Assembly (NCBI GenBank): GCA_049724395.1
Contig: JAUGWO010000046.1
Coordinates: 230,121 to 250,120 of the forward strand
Length of the DNA: 20,000 nucleotides
Direction: 5' to 3'
Source of the DNA: Spongospora subterranea f. sp. subterranea
Taxonomy: Eukaryota
The translations under genes and the position numbers were made by a program. Position 1 is the first letter of the stretch, and each line of letters begins with the position of its first letter. The notes under the pieces are model-generated. The model was given only the letters and a program-made list of their open reading frames with translations, was not told where the DNA came from and ran no database searches. Below are positions 1-11,634 of the stretch, piece by piece.

Positions 1-578
1 ACGCATCCGTTCTTTGCATTCATAAATTTTAGCGTTCGCATAACCGAGTTTGATGGTGATATTCCGTTCTAATTCGGTTTTGAAACGAACCGTTTGAACT
101 CCTGATTTGGCCGAGGTAAGTAGATTATGTGCGAAATGAATGTGACCTGGGGTGGATCCATTACCGGAAATGGCTTTCACCACGGTCGACTTCCCATGAG
201 CGACATGGCCAATTGTTCCGATATTGATCGTTGCCTGACGAGAGATAACTTCGGGGCTCAACGGTGTTAACGCAGCTTGATCAAGAGTCTGAAAAAAAAA
301 CCTCAAAAATCAACCACAAAACCAGATCGTAATCCATTTATAGTAGAAAACACAGCAATGGCGAGAGAATGTTATTGTGAATTGTTAGTGTTGATATATA
401 CAGCTAGATCCTGTTTAGCTAATCCTTGTCCAGCATCGCTATTAGCGCATCCTGTTAGGTCATTAGTGACGCTGGCCTTGGCCAGGCCCTGAGACAGATC
501 GGCACTGGCCAATGGGGCGCGATCACCGCTGGCCGATACCACCTCCTCGGCGAACCGCACACCTTTCTCGGACGACAT
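1..578 (-). CDS. EIF2S3: Translation initiation factor eIF2 gamma subunit, 5' part (runs off window start)
   Basis: Exons 578-402, 288-165 and 101-<1, joined by GT-AG introns 401-289 and 164-102, give [12 protein letters not shown]...[79 protein letters not shown]. This is the diagnostic eIF2-gamma G1 (GHVAHGKS) and switch-1 ([14 protein letters not shown]) sequence. Confidence 0.96.
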
Positions 579-1032
579 CGCTAAACCCCAACTGATATCG
601 GGCCAATGATCATGTGGTTTATTAACACAGTTTCGGACACCGTCACGGACATACACACTCGGTTCAGTACACTCTGATACACATCATCATGGCGCTAGCA
701 CGTCTCGACAATAAACACTCAGCAGACGAATAGCAACTGTCGCCGTCGCCCTTTTCATGAATATTGTAATAGGGAGATTGATGGGGATAATCACGATATT
801 GTTAAGTTGGGGATTATTGATTGACTCTCTCTCTCTATAAACACCCCCTTGTTATTTCGATAATGGACCATCAATCCACCAAACCCATCATTTGATCAAC
901 ATCGTCATAAGGCCAGTTCGATTCTCTCAGTGATATATCGACAGATTTTACCCAAATAAGATCGCCTTTATGACACCCTCTTTCCCAGTTCATTTGAACA
1001 GGATCTGGGAAAATGCTGAAAAGCGAGGGAAG

Positions 1033-3836
1033 AAGGGAGAGAGGATGAACAATATGGGACAGGGACAGGGGGGATAGTGATCCCTCTCGATCACAATTAA
1101 CAGACTAAGGGAAAGAGGATGAACAATATGGGACAGGGACAGGGGGGATAGTGATCCCTCTCGATCACAATTAACAGACTAAGGGAAAGAGGATGAACAA
1201 TATGGGACAGGGACAGGGGGGATAGTGATCCCTCTCGATCACCATTAACAGACTAAGGGAAAGAGGATGAACAATATGGGACAGGGACAGGGGGGATAGT
1301 GATCCCTCTCGATCACCATTAACAGACTAAGGGAGAGAGGATGAACAATATGGGACAGGGACAGGGGGATAGTGATCCCTCTCATCACAATTAACAGACT
1401 AAGGGAAAGAGGATGAACAATATGGGACAGGGACAGGGGGGATAGTGATCCCTCTCGATCACAATTAACAGACTAAGGGAGAGAGGATGAACAATATGGG
1501 ACAGGGACAGGGGGGATAGTGATCCCTCTCGATCACAATTAACAGACTAAGGGAAAGAGGATGAACAATATGGGACAGGGACAGGGGGGATAGTGATCCC
1601 TCTCGATCACAATTAACAGACTAAGGGAGAGAGGATGAACAATATGGGACAGGGACAGGGGGGATAGTGATCCCTCTCGATCACCATTAACAGACTAAGG
1701 GAGAGAGGATGAACAATATGGGACAGGGACAGGGGGGATAGTGATCCCTCTCGATCACCATTAACAGACTAAGGGAGAGAGGATGAACAATATGGGACAG
1801 GGACAGGGGGATAGTGATCCCTCTCGATCACAATTAACAGACTAAGGGAGAGAGGATGAACAATATGGGACAGGGACAGGGGGGATAGTGATCCCTCTCG
1901 ATCACCATTAACAGACTAAGGGAAAGAGGATGAACAATATGGGACAGGGACAGGGGGGATAGTGATCCCTCTCATCACAATTAACAGACTAAGGGAGAGA
2001 GGATGAACAATATGGGACAGGGACAGGGGGGATAGTGATCCCTCTCATCACCATTAACAGACTAAGGGAGAGAGGATGAACAATATGGGACAGGGACAGG
2101 GGGGGGATAGTGATCCCTCTCGATCACAATTAACAGACTAAGGGAGAGAGGATGAACAATATGGGACAGGGACAGGGGGGATAGTGATCCCTCTCATCAC
2201 AATTAACAGACTAGATCCCTCTCATCACCATTAACAGACTAAGGGAGAGAGGATGAACAATATGGGACAGGGACAGGGGGATAGTGATCCCTCTCGATCA
2301 CAATTAACAGACTAAGGGAGAGAGGATGAACAATATGGGACAGGGACGGGACTAAGGGAGAGAGGGATAGGGACAGGGGGATAGTGATCCCTCTCATCAC
2401 AATTAACAGACTAAGGGAAAGAGGATGAACAATATGGGACAGGGACAGGGGGGATAGTGATCCCTCTCATCACAATTAACAGACTAAGGGAGAGAGGATG
2501 AACAATATGGGACAGGGACAGGGGGGATAGTGATCCCTCTCATCACCATTAACAGACTAAGGGAGAGAGGATGAACAATATGGGACAGGGACAGGGGGGA
2601 TAGTGATCCCTCTCGATCACCATTAACAGACTAAGGGAAAGAGGATGAACAATATGGGACAGGGACAGGGGGGATAGTGATCCCTCTCATCACCATTAAC
2701 AGACTAAGGGAAAGAGGATGAACAATATGGGACAGGGACAGGGGGATAGTGATCCCTCTCATCACCATTAACAGACTAAGGGAGAGAGGATGAACAATAT
2801 GGGACAGGGACAGGGGGATAGTGATCTCGATCACAATTAACAGACTAAGGGACTAAGGGAGAGAGGATGAACAATATGGGACAGGGACAGGGGGGATAGT
2901 GATCACCATTAACAGACTAAGGGAGAGAGGATGAACAATATGGGACAGGGACAGGGGGGATAGTGATCCCTCTCATCACAATTAACAGACTAAGGGAGAG
3001 AGGATGAACAATATGGGACAGGGACAGGGGGGATAGTGATCCCTCTCATCACCATTAACAGACTAAGGGAAAGAGGATGAACAATATGGGACAGGGACAG
3101 GGGGGATAGTGATCCCTCTCATCACAATTAACAGACTAAGGGAGAGAGGATGAACAATATGGGACAGGGACAGGGGGATAGTGATCCCTCTCTCTAAGGG
3201 AGAGAGGATGAACAATATCACAATTAACAGACTAAGGGAGAGAGGATGAACAATATGGGACAGGGACAGGGGGGATAGTGATCTCTCGATCACCATTAAC
3301 AGACTAAGGGAGAGAGGATGAACAATATGGGACAGGGACAGGGGGATAGTGATCCCTCTCGATCACCATTAACAGACTAAGGGAAAGAGGATGAACAATA
3401 TGGGACAGGGACAGGGGGGATAGTGATCCCTCTCGATCACCATTAACAGACTAAGGGAAAGAGGATGAACAATATGGGACAGGGACAGGGGGGATAGTGA
3501 TCCCTCTCGATCACAATTAACAGACTAAGGGAGAGGATGAACAATATGGGACAGGGACAGGGGGATAGTGATCCCTCTCGATCACAATTAACAGACTAAG
3601 GGACAGAGGATGAACAATAGAGGATGAACAATATATGGGACAGGGACAGGGGGGATAGTGATCCCTCTCATCACCATTAACAGACTAAGGGAGAGAGGGA
3701 CAGGGACAGGGGGGATAGTGATCCCTCTCGATCACCATTAACAGACTAAGGGAGGGACAGAGGATGAACAATATGAACAATATGAGACAGGGACAGGGGG
3801 GATAGTGATCCCTCTCGATCACCATTAACAGACTAA
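1033..3836. repeat. Minisatellite, ~74-bp unit, ~38 copies
   Basis: Head-to-tail unit AAGGGA(G/A)AGAGGATGAACAATATGGGACAGGGACAGGGGGGATAGTGATCCCTCTC(G)ATCAC(A/C)ATTAACAGACT; period measured 1041 to 1115. No unique spacers; several truncated or recombined units after ~2200. Confidence 0.98.
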
Positions 3837-3942
3837 TATCAGATCATTATAACGGTCCAATAGCGTTTTATAACCCATATTTCCAGATCATAAACCAAAT
3901 AGAATAGCTGGCCAACCACCTGGCGCTACCTGACTGGTAACT

Positions 3943-4410
3943 CTATCTGTCGTTGACAGTTGCTGTTGTTGGCCCAGCCGTGTCGGTATTCAGCAATCGT
4001 CGGATGGTAATCGGGATCTGTTGCACAGACAGATTCCGTCAACACAAATCGGGAGTGACCGATCAATATATTATCTCACCCCTTCAAGACGGTAATCCAA
4101 AGACGCCACCGTCTCGTTCAGTTTATGGATCTTGTTCGTGAAGCTGTCGATCTTGTCCATCAGGGCGTTGCTGTGCTCAGTGGATATCCCTTTCTGTGTT
4201 CTCCCCTTGTCCATCTCCCTATCGTACAGCCCCTTCAGCTCCGTCTGCAGTTTCTTATTCTCCAGCGTTTTCTGATCAATATCAACGACAATCAGCGCTT
4301 TTCTACCGAATACGATTGTCGAATCCAGCGACCTTAACAGCAAGAGCTGAGGCCCATCCGGTTAGAAGAGTACCGCCTAAAGCGGCTATAGCTAGACCGA
4401 CCACCTTCAT
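3943..4410 (-). CDS. Hypothetical small secreted/membrane-anchored protein, 114 aa, helical/coiled-coil-like
   Basis: Exons 4410-4333, 4271-4080 and 4017-3943 with phase-0 GT-AG introns of 61 and 62 nt. Product: MKVVGLAIAALGGTLLTGWASALAVK/KTLENKKLQTELKGLYDREM...IDSFTNKIHKLNETVASLDYRLEG/IPITIRRLLNTDTAGPTTATVNDR*. Hydrophobic N-terminus with ASA/ALA cleavage-like sites. No family recognised. Confidence 0.6.
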
Positions 4411-4835
4411 CTCATATAACGATATGGTTCCGACCTATTCGGCCGTTAAAATCATTCCGTTCGTGGCGATATACGGACCGACGCTTCACTGTTCATATTA
4501 TCAAACATACATTAAAGGTGAGCGTCCTCTCCTTCGGGAGAGGAAGATGGGATAATACATATAGGATAGGAGAAGACGTTTCAGAGAAAACTTCTCTTTT
4601 GTCAAAAAAAAAACATTGGAGCAATGTTCGTCACCAGATAGCTTTTTCGCCTTTCATACTCCCTGTGAGCTTTACACAGTGCAAACTGTGAAATTTCTCG
4701 ATTGACATTCCCCGACACGGGATAGGATGGGTCAACACCCGCATTCCAGTAATAGTTGACTATCATGACCGACGTGGCGCCACCATTGTTCTAGGGGGGA
4801 TGTGTGTTTTCCAACGACGGGCCGTTGTTCCCGTC

Positions 4836-5810
4836 GATGAACCAGGGCGATGGTGTTCAAGTGCAATTGCGGTTCCCGTTAACTTTAGACGGCGAGATTG
4901 GTTCGGATGGCGATATCTCTATACGAATAAGTCAGTCACTCCTCCTTCTCCTTCCAGTACGTTCAGGGGGCTCGTCTGGATTGATCGGTGACCAATAACC
5001 TATGTGTTTAATTCAAAAGGCAGCCGAGTTCCCGCCAATCCAAATAAATGTGCCGGTAGTTGAACCCCTTTCAGACTCCGTTTGGACAACATGATCTGGA
5101 CTAGGTTATACGATTGTGTAGAATGTCGTCAGAATATCGGTTCTCCAGAGCATTATCAAATATCCTGGATCAGGGTTTCGGGGATAGTTTTGGGGGCGTG
5201 CTCGACAGTTTGGGGGGGAACACGCACGATGGGGACAAACCCAGGTCTGACGCGTGCCGTTCATTTGGTGACCCGGACACGCGATCCGTTATTGTATTCC
5301 AGATCCATAACCCCACCGTCACCTGTGCAATCCCTCAATTATACCGCTGTCTCAATATGGCAGATATGGGATCAACGGTCTGTCTGGTTCCACATCAGGC
5401 GCGTCATGGAAATCGCCGATCGTCGGCCAACGATGCGTTCCCGCCCATCCTCACCATTAACTGCATCAACGTTGAAAAACGGCTGATGATGAAAGCGCAG
5501 GTACCGACTTGTATCGCTCGAATCTGGTTGTCCCGGTCGTTAAATGTGATTGGGATTCTAGGCGCGGGTTGATTCATGGCGTCGACGAACGTCAGCAGCG
5601 TCATTACCGAGGGTCAATCGCAGTGAGTTCTCGATCGCCTTTCGGCAGTTGTTTGATCGCTAATCGTTTATGGGAAGTTGTTACTTGTGCTTTATGTGGT
5701 GTCGATTCTGGATTTATCCAGCACGTTCGCCATCGTCGCGCTGCAGGTTTGGGGGAGATCGCGCCATCACATCAATTTTGTTCGGCTGATCGCCTGAATC
5801 GCCTGTACAG
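4836..5810 (+). other. Probable coding exons upstream of the TTLL core (5' exons or a separate small gene); structure unresolved
   Basis: Several plausible GT...AG intron-sized segments and open frames (4804-4998, 5114-5572, 5509-5814), but I could not join them into one consistent frame with the TTLL exons. Confidence 0.3.
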
Positions 5811-7984
5811 GTGAAGCGATACGGATCTCGTTGGCGATCTGTCCAGCTAATCACAGCAAGAGCATTATATCGGATCTGATTCCAAGGTGGTTCCTGAACG
5901 TCGTCCGTCGGATCGAATCCATTCATGGTTTCTGACGGCGGTCGGTTCAGGTTCAATAACGCTCTGGTCGATATCAGTGATGACCCGTTGGGATCGGCCG
6001 ACCTGATCTGGGTTAATCAGCCGACGGCGAACTCGTTGCGATCCTTCTCGCCCCATCAGCGAATGAACGTGTTCCCGTTCCTCAATCGAATGATGACCAA
6101 AGCGAATATCGCCAAACAGCTCAACCTCCATCGATCTCTGTCCGTTTTCTCCCTCTCCCCCCCCCCCATGTCCCATTCCCCTCGTCCGACTCAACCTGGT
6201 CAGGTTCCCCAGCGAGTTCGATTTCTACCCGGAGACGCTGGAGCTGCCCCGCGACCTTCGCGCCCTCCAACGCATCATGAAGCAGGAGAACGAGAGCGGC
6301 ACCTGGATCCTGAAACCGACCAAGGGCCTGCAAGGGATCGGGATCGTCCTGGCCCGATCGTTCGGCCAGGTTGAGCAATGTATTCAGCTCAACGACGATA
6401 AAGTCTACTCAGTTCAGCGGTAATTCACCAGAACCGCCCTGTTCTTAAAAAATCTGACCACCTCACAAGGTATATTGATCGGCCAATGCTGCTCAAGGAC
6501 GCCAAGTGGGATATGCGAATCTACGTCATGTTGGAGTCGTTGAACCCGTTCCGGGCCCATCTGTTCAAAGTAAATGGGACAACGCACCGGGTCTTGATTG
6601 TCGCTGAAGTTCATGTCCAGGATGGGCTGGCCAGGTTCGCCACCGAGAAATATGTTCCGCCGCGATCCGACAACCTGGGACAGACGATGGTGCACCTGAC
6701 CAATTACTCGTTGAACAAGAAGAGCTACCGGTTTCGAATGTTCAAACAGGGGGCCGTGGCCGAGGAAGATTGTCATAAACGCACCATCAGCACAACGCTA
6801 AGGCAACTCCAGGAAAGCGGATACCCGATCAACGTCGAGGTACAAACTGTGTTTTAGGTCGCGATCGGGTGTGTGGTTGGCTAATGGGCGCTGGGTCAGC
6901 ATATCTGGGAGGAGATCGGGGCGATCGTGGGGAAAACGTTGGTGGCCATGTGGCCACAGCTCCAGGATTCCCACGCCACATACTTCAAGAAGGTCGGGTC
7001 GGTCGCCGGTGCATCATACGATCAGGCCTGTTTCCACATATTGGGATTCGATATCATGATGGACACGAAGGGAAAGATGTGGCTTTTAGAAGGTAGAACA
7101 ACACAGTACGAGACGGGTTAATGACGACAGACCTGTAGTGAACTCTAACCCATCTTTCAATCGTGATTCGGTTATCGATGCCGTTATCAACGAGCAAGTC
7201 ATGGAGTCGGTGCTGAAAATCGTTCGGGTTCTCGATCCTCGTCAACAGCCAACGGAGAAGGTGGACCATCGCTCTGAATTCTGGATCTGCCGATCGTCGG
7301 GTTGACTGTGTTGTTTCTGGGTTTCAGAGCGGGCCGAACGCCGCGTGCTCAACGCAATCTGACAACGGCAGCGATTCGCCAGATAACGACGACTCAACCG
7401 ATGACGACAACGACGACGATGGCGGTAATCACCGGTCCCGTTATGGGGAAGCTAGAGCCGTTCAGGACCGTCCATCGTCCTATCTATCTCGTTTGCCCAA
7501 CACCAAGCCGATGACGCACATGCCGCTATATCTTGACCTGTCGTATGCACATTTGATGGTGTTCAATAAGGCGTTCCCAGACGGCCATCTCAAGATCGAT
7601 GAAGGGCAACGGGTATCACAGATGCAGACCCTATGGAGGGTGTACGCCGCTCATCTCTGGGAACCAAAGAGAAGTTCAAGGGCGTCGGCACGTCTATTGC
7701 ACGCGCTCAGTCGATTCCAACCGTCGAACGTGGCGTTCGGTGCCGCTGATGCCCATATCATATATGCTCAACTGCAATCATATAGTACCAACCGTACCTA
7801 CCCATGGCGCCAGGCGTTCGAGTTCGCGTCCGATTGTCCGGCGATGACCTTCTCGATGCTGTGTGAAGCGGTGGCTATCGTATCGAGACGATGGTATCCG
7901 CGCGATACACCGCTAGAGAGTCTCAATGCGTTCCTGAGTTCGCCAGCTCGTCATCAAGTTTTGAGCGATGGCGACGACATGTAA
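5811..7984 (+). CDS. Tubulin-tyrosine ligase-like (TTLL) protein, probable tubulin polyglutamylase; start codon not resolved
   Basis: Exons ~5811-5886, 5951-6139, 6204-6419, 6470-6569, 6621-6839, 6900-7092, 7139-7260 and 7328-7984 splice in frame. TTL ATP-grasp motifs: FDFYPET, WILKPTKGLQGIGI, VQRYIDRPMLL..KWDMRIYV, DGLARFATEKY, HLTNYSLNK, CFHILGFDIMMD, WLLEVNSNPS. An acidic D-rich linker and a C-terminal domain follow. Confidence 0.93.
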
Positions 7985-8112
7985 ATCGACGGCGATATGC
8001 CGATCTAGAAATGGCGAGGGGAATAGTATCTAAACGATAGTCAGCAATATGAAGCTGGTAAAAATCAAAGGTATTTCTGTTTATAGTCGAGTCGGGTTCT
8101 TCTTCTTGTGAG

Positions 8113-10186
8113 CTATAAAACGTGCTGGGGTGCCGCTCTGGACGGAGCGATATGATTCCTGAATAGAAAGAAGAAAAACACGGCGAACACAATCATTATT
8201 GCCCCCAATGACAAAAATGCATAGAAAAGATTTTGTGGGCCCATAAACGGAGCAACGAATATGCCGAGAAGCGATGCGGCAGCGTTAGTTAGAAGGAACA
8301 ATGACATCACCACACTCTTCATGGATTTGGGCGCTGGAATAAATCAATATTCAGTCTACTGATCTGAAATGGATTGATGAGCGCAACAAATAACCTTGAG
8401 AATATGAGAGCTCTAAGGCGGTGACACTGGCAAATATCTCACTGACAGCTGTAAAGGAATATGAGTGTATGTGGTGTGTACGACAGTGGAAATACCTATC
8501 AATGCATATGGGGGTATTTGCTGAAATATTGACGTCCTTTCTTCAACTGGAACGGTTGGCTTATAAATCCCATCAATGAATGAACCTTCTGCGTCGATTT
8601 TGTATTGCAAAAACGCTATGCGATAGATTTGCAGTCAGAATTTGTAAATACGAGCATGTTCAGCCTTACCTGAATATAACAGAGCGGAAGATGAAACGGT
8701 GAATCCAATAGATATCCTTGCAATGAACCCGAGATGAATTCCGCGCCTCCTGAGGGCAGGAAATATTACGGAATCAAATGCTGGAATAAGGATCAAAATG
8801 CATAGCGGGTCGATTATGTTCAGCTGATCAGCAGTTAACCAAGACGGAGTTTGCATTTGCATTCCTTGCTGTATGAAAGAAGTTTGCATTTGATTATATA
8901 AAAGCCAATAAATCCTGGAAGCAATCGTTAGCTGCAGCAACAAACGAATCAAGATAAGTACGGAAATACTAAGAATATTTTGCACGTATGGGCCACTTCC
9001 TTGAGGTCAGTGACAACATCGATGTCATCTTGAGAAGGACGAGGGGATGTCCCATCGAACAGTAAAGCTCGGTCAAGAAACGAACATGGTTGCTCACTGG
9101 TAAGCTTCCTGTTTCGAAACTGGAAACTGTTTAGCACCTAGTATGTAGTCTAATAAATTATGTGTTTCTTACCGCTTTTCGGATGATTTTCAGTGACCTC
9201 ACTGTCATCGAATCCTTGGTTGGAATATGTTCAGAGTAGGTCGGTATTCCATACACGAACACGCTGATTCCAACGATAAATAAGAAGGTTGGGGCTAAAT
9301 ACGAAATCCAAAACGACGAACCCTGACCAGTGTTAACTTAACTCCGATGGTAAAATCAAAATAAATACCTGGCGAGCGCCAAACTTGTCTGTCATGAATG
9401 GGCCAAAATGGTGCAACATCGGGACAATCAATTGGCCTAATAAGGCTCCAGCATTGATTGACCAATAAAAATATCGGAAAGCACGTTCTACTTCTGCTGG
9501 GTCATCAATCTGGTCCGCGACGAGGACGCTGACGTTGGATTTAATCCTTCATAACTGGGGTCATAAAAAATATATTGATCTATAGCAAATGTAGCCTACC
9601 CTCCAGTCCCCATCCCGATTAGAAACAATGCAATAAAGAACCCTCCGTACGCCATCACAGACGAAGGATCGTCAGGATAGTTTTGGAAGGCAAACGGTAA
9701 AGCCGACACCGTTAACATTGTTAATCCGAACAGATATGTCGTGGCGAATAACAAAATTGTTTTGACTTTTCCAAACGACGAATCGCCCATATATCCTCCA
9801 ATCAGAGCGCAAAAATAAGACCTAAAATCACATTAAGCTTGTCCAGTGGCGTTCTTCGCAAGTGCATACCACATCATGAACCCATTCTGAACGCCATCTA
9901 CGGCTTCATACGAGAGGTTCAACATTTGTAGCATGTCTATCAAAATCATCGTGTTATCCTTCGAACTAGATCGTGACATGAACTGCTTACAAATGGTGAA
10001 GCAAAGGGACGACCCATAAAATGCGAATCTTTCGCAAAATTCAACGATGATGATGGAAACGGTTGATACAGGAAGTCCAATGAACTTTGGGGTAGATTCG
10101 TGAACCTTGATCGGCTCTCCATCTTCATCTTGACTATGCTGCAATAAGGCTTCCGCCTCATCCATTTCGCTTTGCAAGTGATACAT
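8113..10186 (-). CDS. Proton-dependent oligopeptide transporter (POT/PTR2 family, MFS)
   Basis: Multi-exon gene starting at ATG 10186 or 10165. ExxERFxxY motif (EFCERFAFYG), GGYMGDSSFGKVKTI, PTR2 signature GMGTGGIKSNVSVLVADQ...FYWSINAGALLG, QQGMQM, QIPPYALIG, APKSMKSVVMS, and many hydrophobic TM segments. Stop at 8113-8115. Confidence 0.95.
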
Positions 10187-11218
10187 ATAGTTAATGATGA
10201 AGTTCCGGACGCGTTATTTGACTGCGTAACGTTGGACGTTCCACTCTCACCAGTCGACTCCCACGCTCTATAACGTGGTTATCTCATGTTTCCATACCCT
10301 TTGGTGACTGCACTATACAGTCGTCGTTACCTGTATGGGTTGAGACTTGAGAGAGACAGAACTGTACCGAAGGGTGTATCCTATCTTGGATGGCTTAACC
10401 ACAGACTTGCGGTCGATACTGTACACACACACAACCCCTGACTTACCCATCAACGAATGGAACACCTATACGAGGGGGATGAGATGGAGAGAAGTAAATC
10501 AACCAGAACTTCTTCCGAAACGAGACAAAGCTGGTATCAATACCGCACGACGAGACGTGTTTCGATTCGAATGATAGCCAGAAGAGTGTATCTGGGTCGA
10601 AGGGTGATCGACAAGCTCTACGACCAAAAGGATCTGGCAGAACATAGGGAATTTTTGCCGACCAATGAATTCGCTGAAAAATCCCAGAATCTCAACTTTC
10701 GGATCAGTTGGTTCAATTGTTGCAACTTTCAAGTTGATAAAGCCAGGTAAAACGCGGATGGAGATTGGAACAACAAGGATTGAAGAGCAGACGAAGTTAA
10801 CGTTGTTTGTTTCTTCGAGTGCTTCATCCTGATTCCATGCCAGTTTTCGCTTTCGATAACTCCCAATATCATCGAGCTATGCCCCCTGATGGGCTCGTTG
10901 CTTCATAATTGAATATGTCAATGGCGGAAAAAATGTGGCGCATGTCAGGTCGGGATGGTTTGTTTCTGGGGAAGAACGGATTACTCAAAACTGCACTTTT
11001 CCAGTGAGTCTGGCCATGCAATCGACGGCTTTGTCTAAAGGGAATTTGCCAAATTCTTACCGAAAGGTGCCTTTTGCCTACTTCTGGGATGATCCTGAAC
11101 GATGCGCGATCACTGCTTTCGAGCCAACCCGATTTCACATCTCAAAAAGAATGGTCGGTAGAGACCGTGTCAAGCGGAGGGGGCATATACAGGGGGTGAC
11201 TTTGATTCCTTCTTTGAA

Positions 11219-11634
11219 CTGGTGTACTTCTTTGTTGCGCCCCAGAGCATCTCAATCCAAGTTTACTCGGGGTGAAACTTAAACAGTGGGCCTGGATTAA
11301 CGTTGAGTTTTTCATATAGAAATGCTGAGCCTACATCGAGTTGCTTGAATTTCCATGTCGCTCAGCGCCACAAGACTAGATACGTGGCTCGGGGCTTCAC
11401 GCAAAGACCTGGGATCGATCATTTCGAGACAACATCGCCGGTGGATTCTCTGACCTCACTGCGGACGATCCTGGCGATTGGCGCGATGAACGACATGGAA
11501 ATCGAGCAACTAGATGCCGACTCAGCATCTCTATATGGGGGACTCAACGTTAATCCAGGCCCACCTGTTTAAGATTCACCCCGAGTATACTTGGATTGAG
11601 ATGTTCTGGGGCGCGCAACAAAAAAGTACACCAG
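11219..11634. repeat. Inverted repeat (arms 11219-11360 and 11491-11634, ~143 bp, 130-bp spacer)
   Basis: The reverse complement of 11219-11360 aligns to 11491-11634 with about 18 differences in ~145 columns by manual count. Confidence 0.92.
11366..11549 (+). mobile_element. Ty1/copia reverse transcriptase (RVT_2) fragment, degenerate
   Basis: RHKTRYVARGFTQRPGIDHFETTSPVDSLTSLRTILAIGAMNDMEIEQLDADSASLYGGL matches the copia RT pattern RYKARLVAxGFxQxxGIDYxETFSPV...QxDVxxAFLxG. No LTRs or other domains seen. Confidence 0.9.

Noticed and set aside
1033..3836. CRISPR array, or coding ORFs 2631-2834 and 3063-3296
   Set aside because: Units are contiguous with no unique spacers, no cas genes are present and the context is eukaryotic. 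The ORFs are translations of the repeat.
5865..6776. Minus-strand ORFs overlapping TTLL
   Set aside because: Antisense shadows of GC-rich coding exons with no recognisable motifs.
10300..11218. Short ORFs on both strands (10347-10574, 10457-10750, 10499-10732, 10869-11138, 10935-11282)
   Set aside because: No recognisable motif and no consistent splice model. A gene may be present but I cannot support it.
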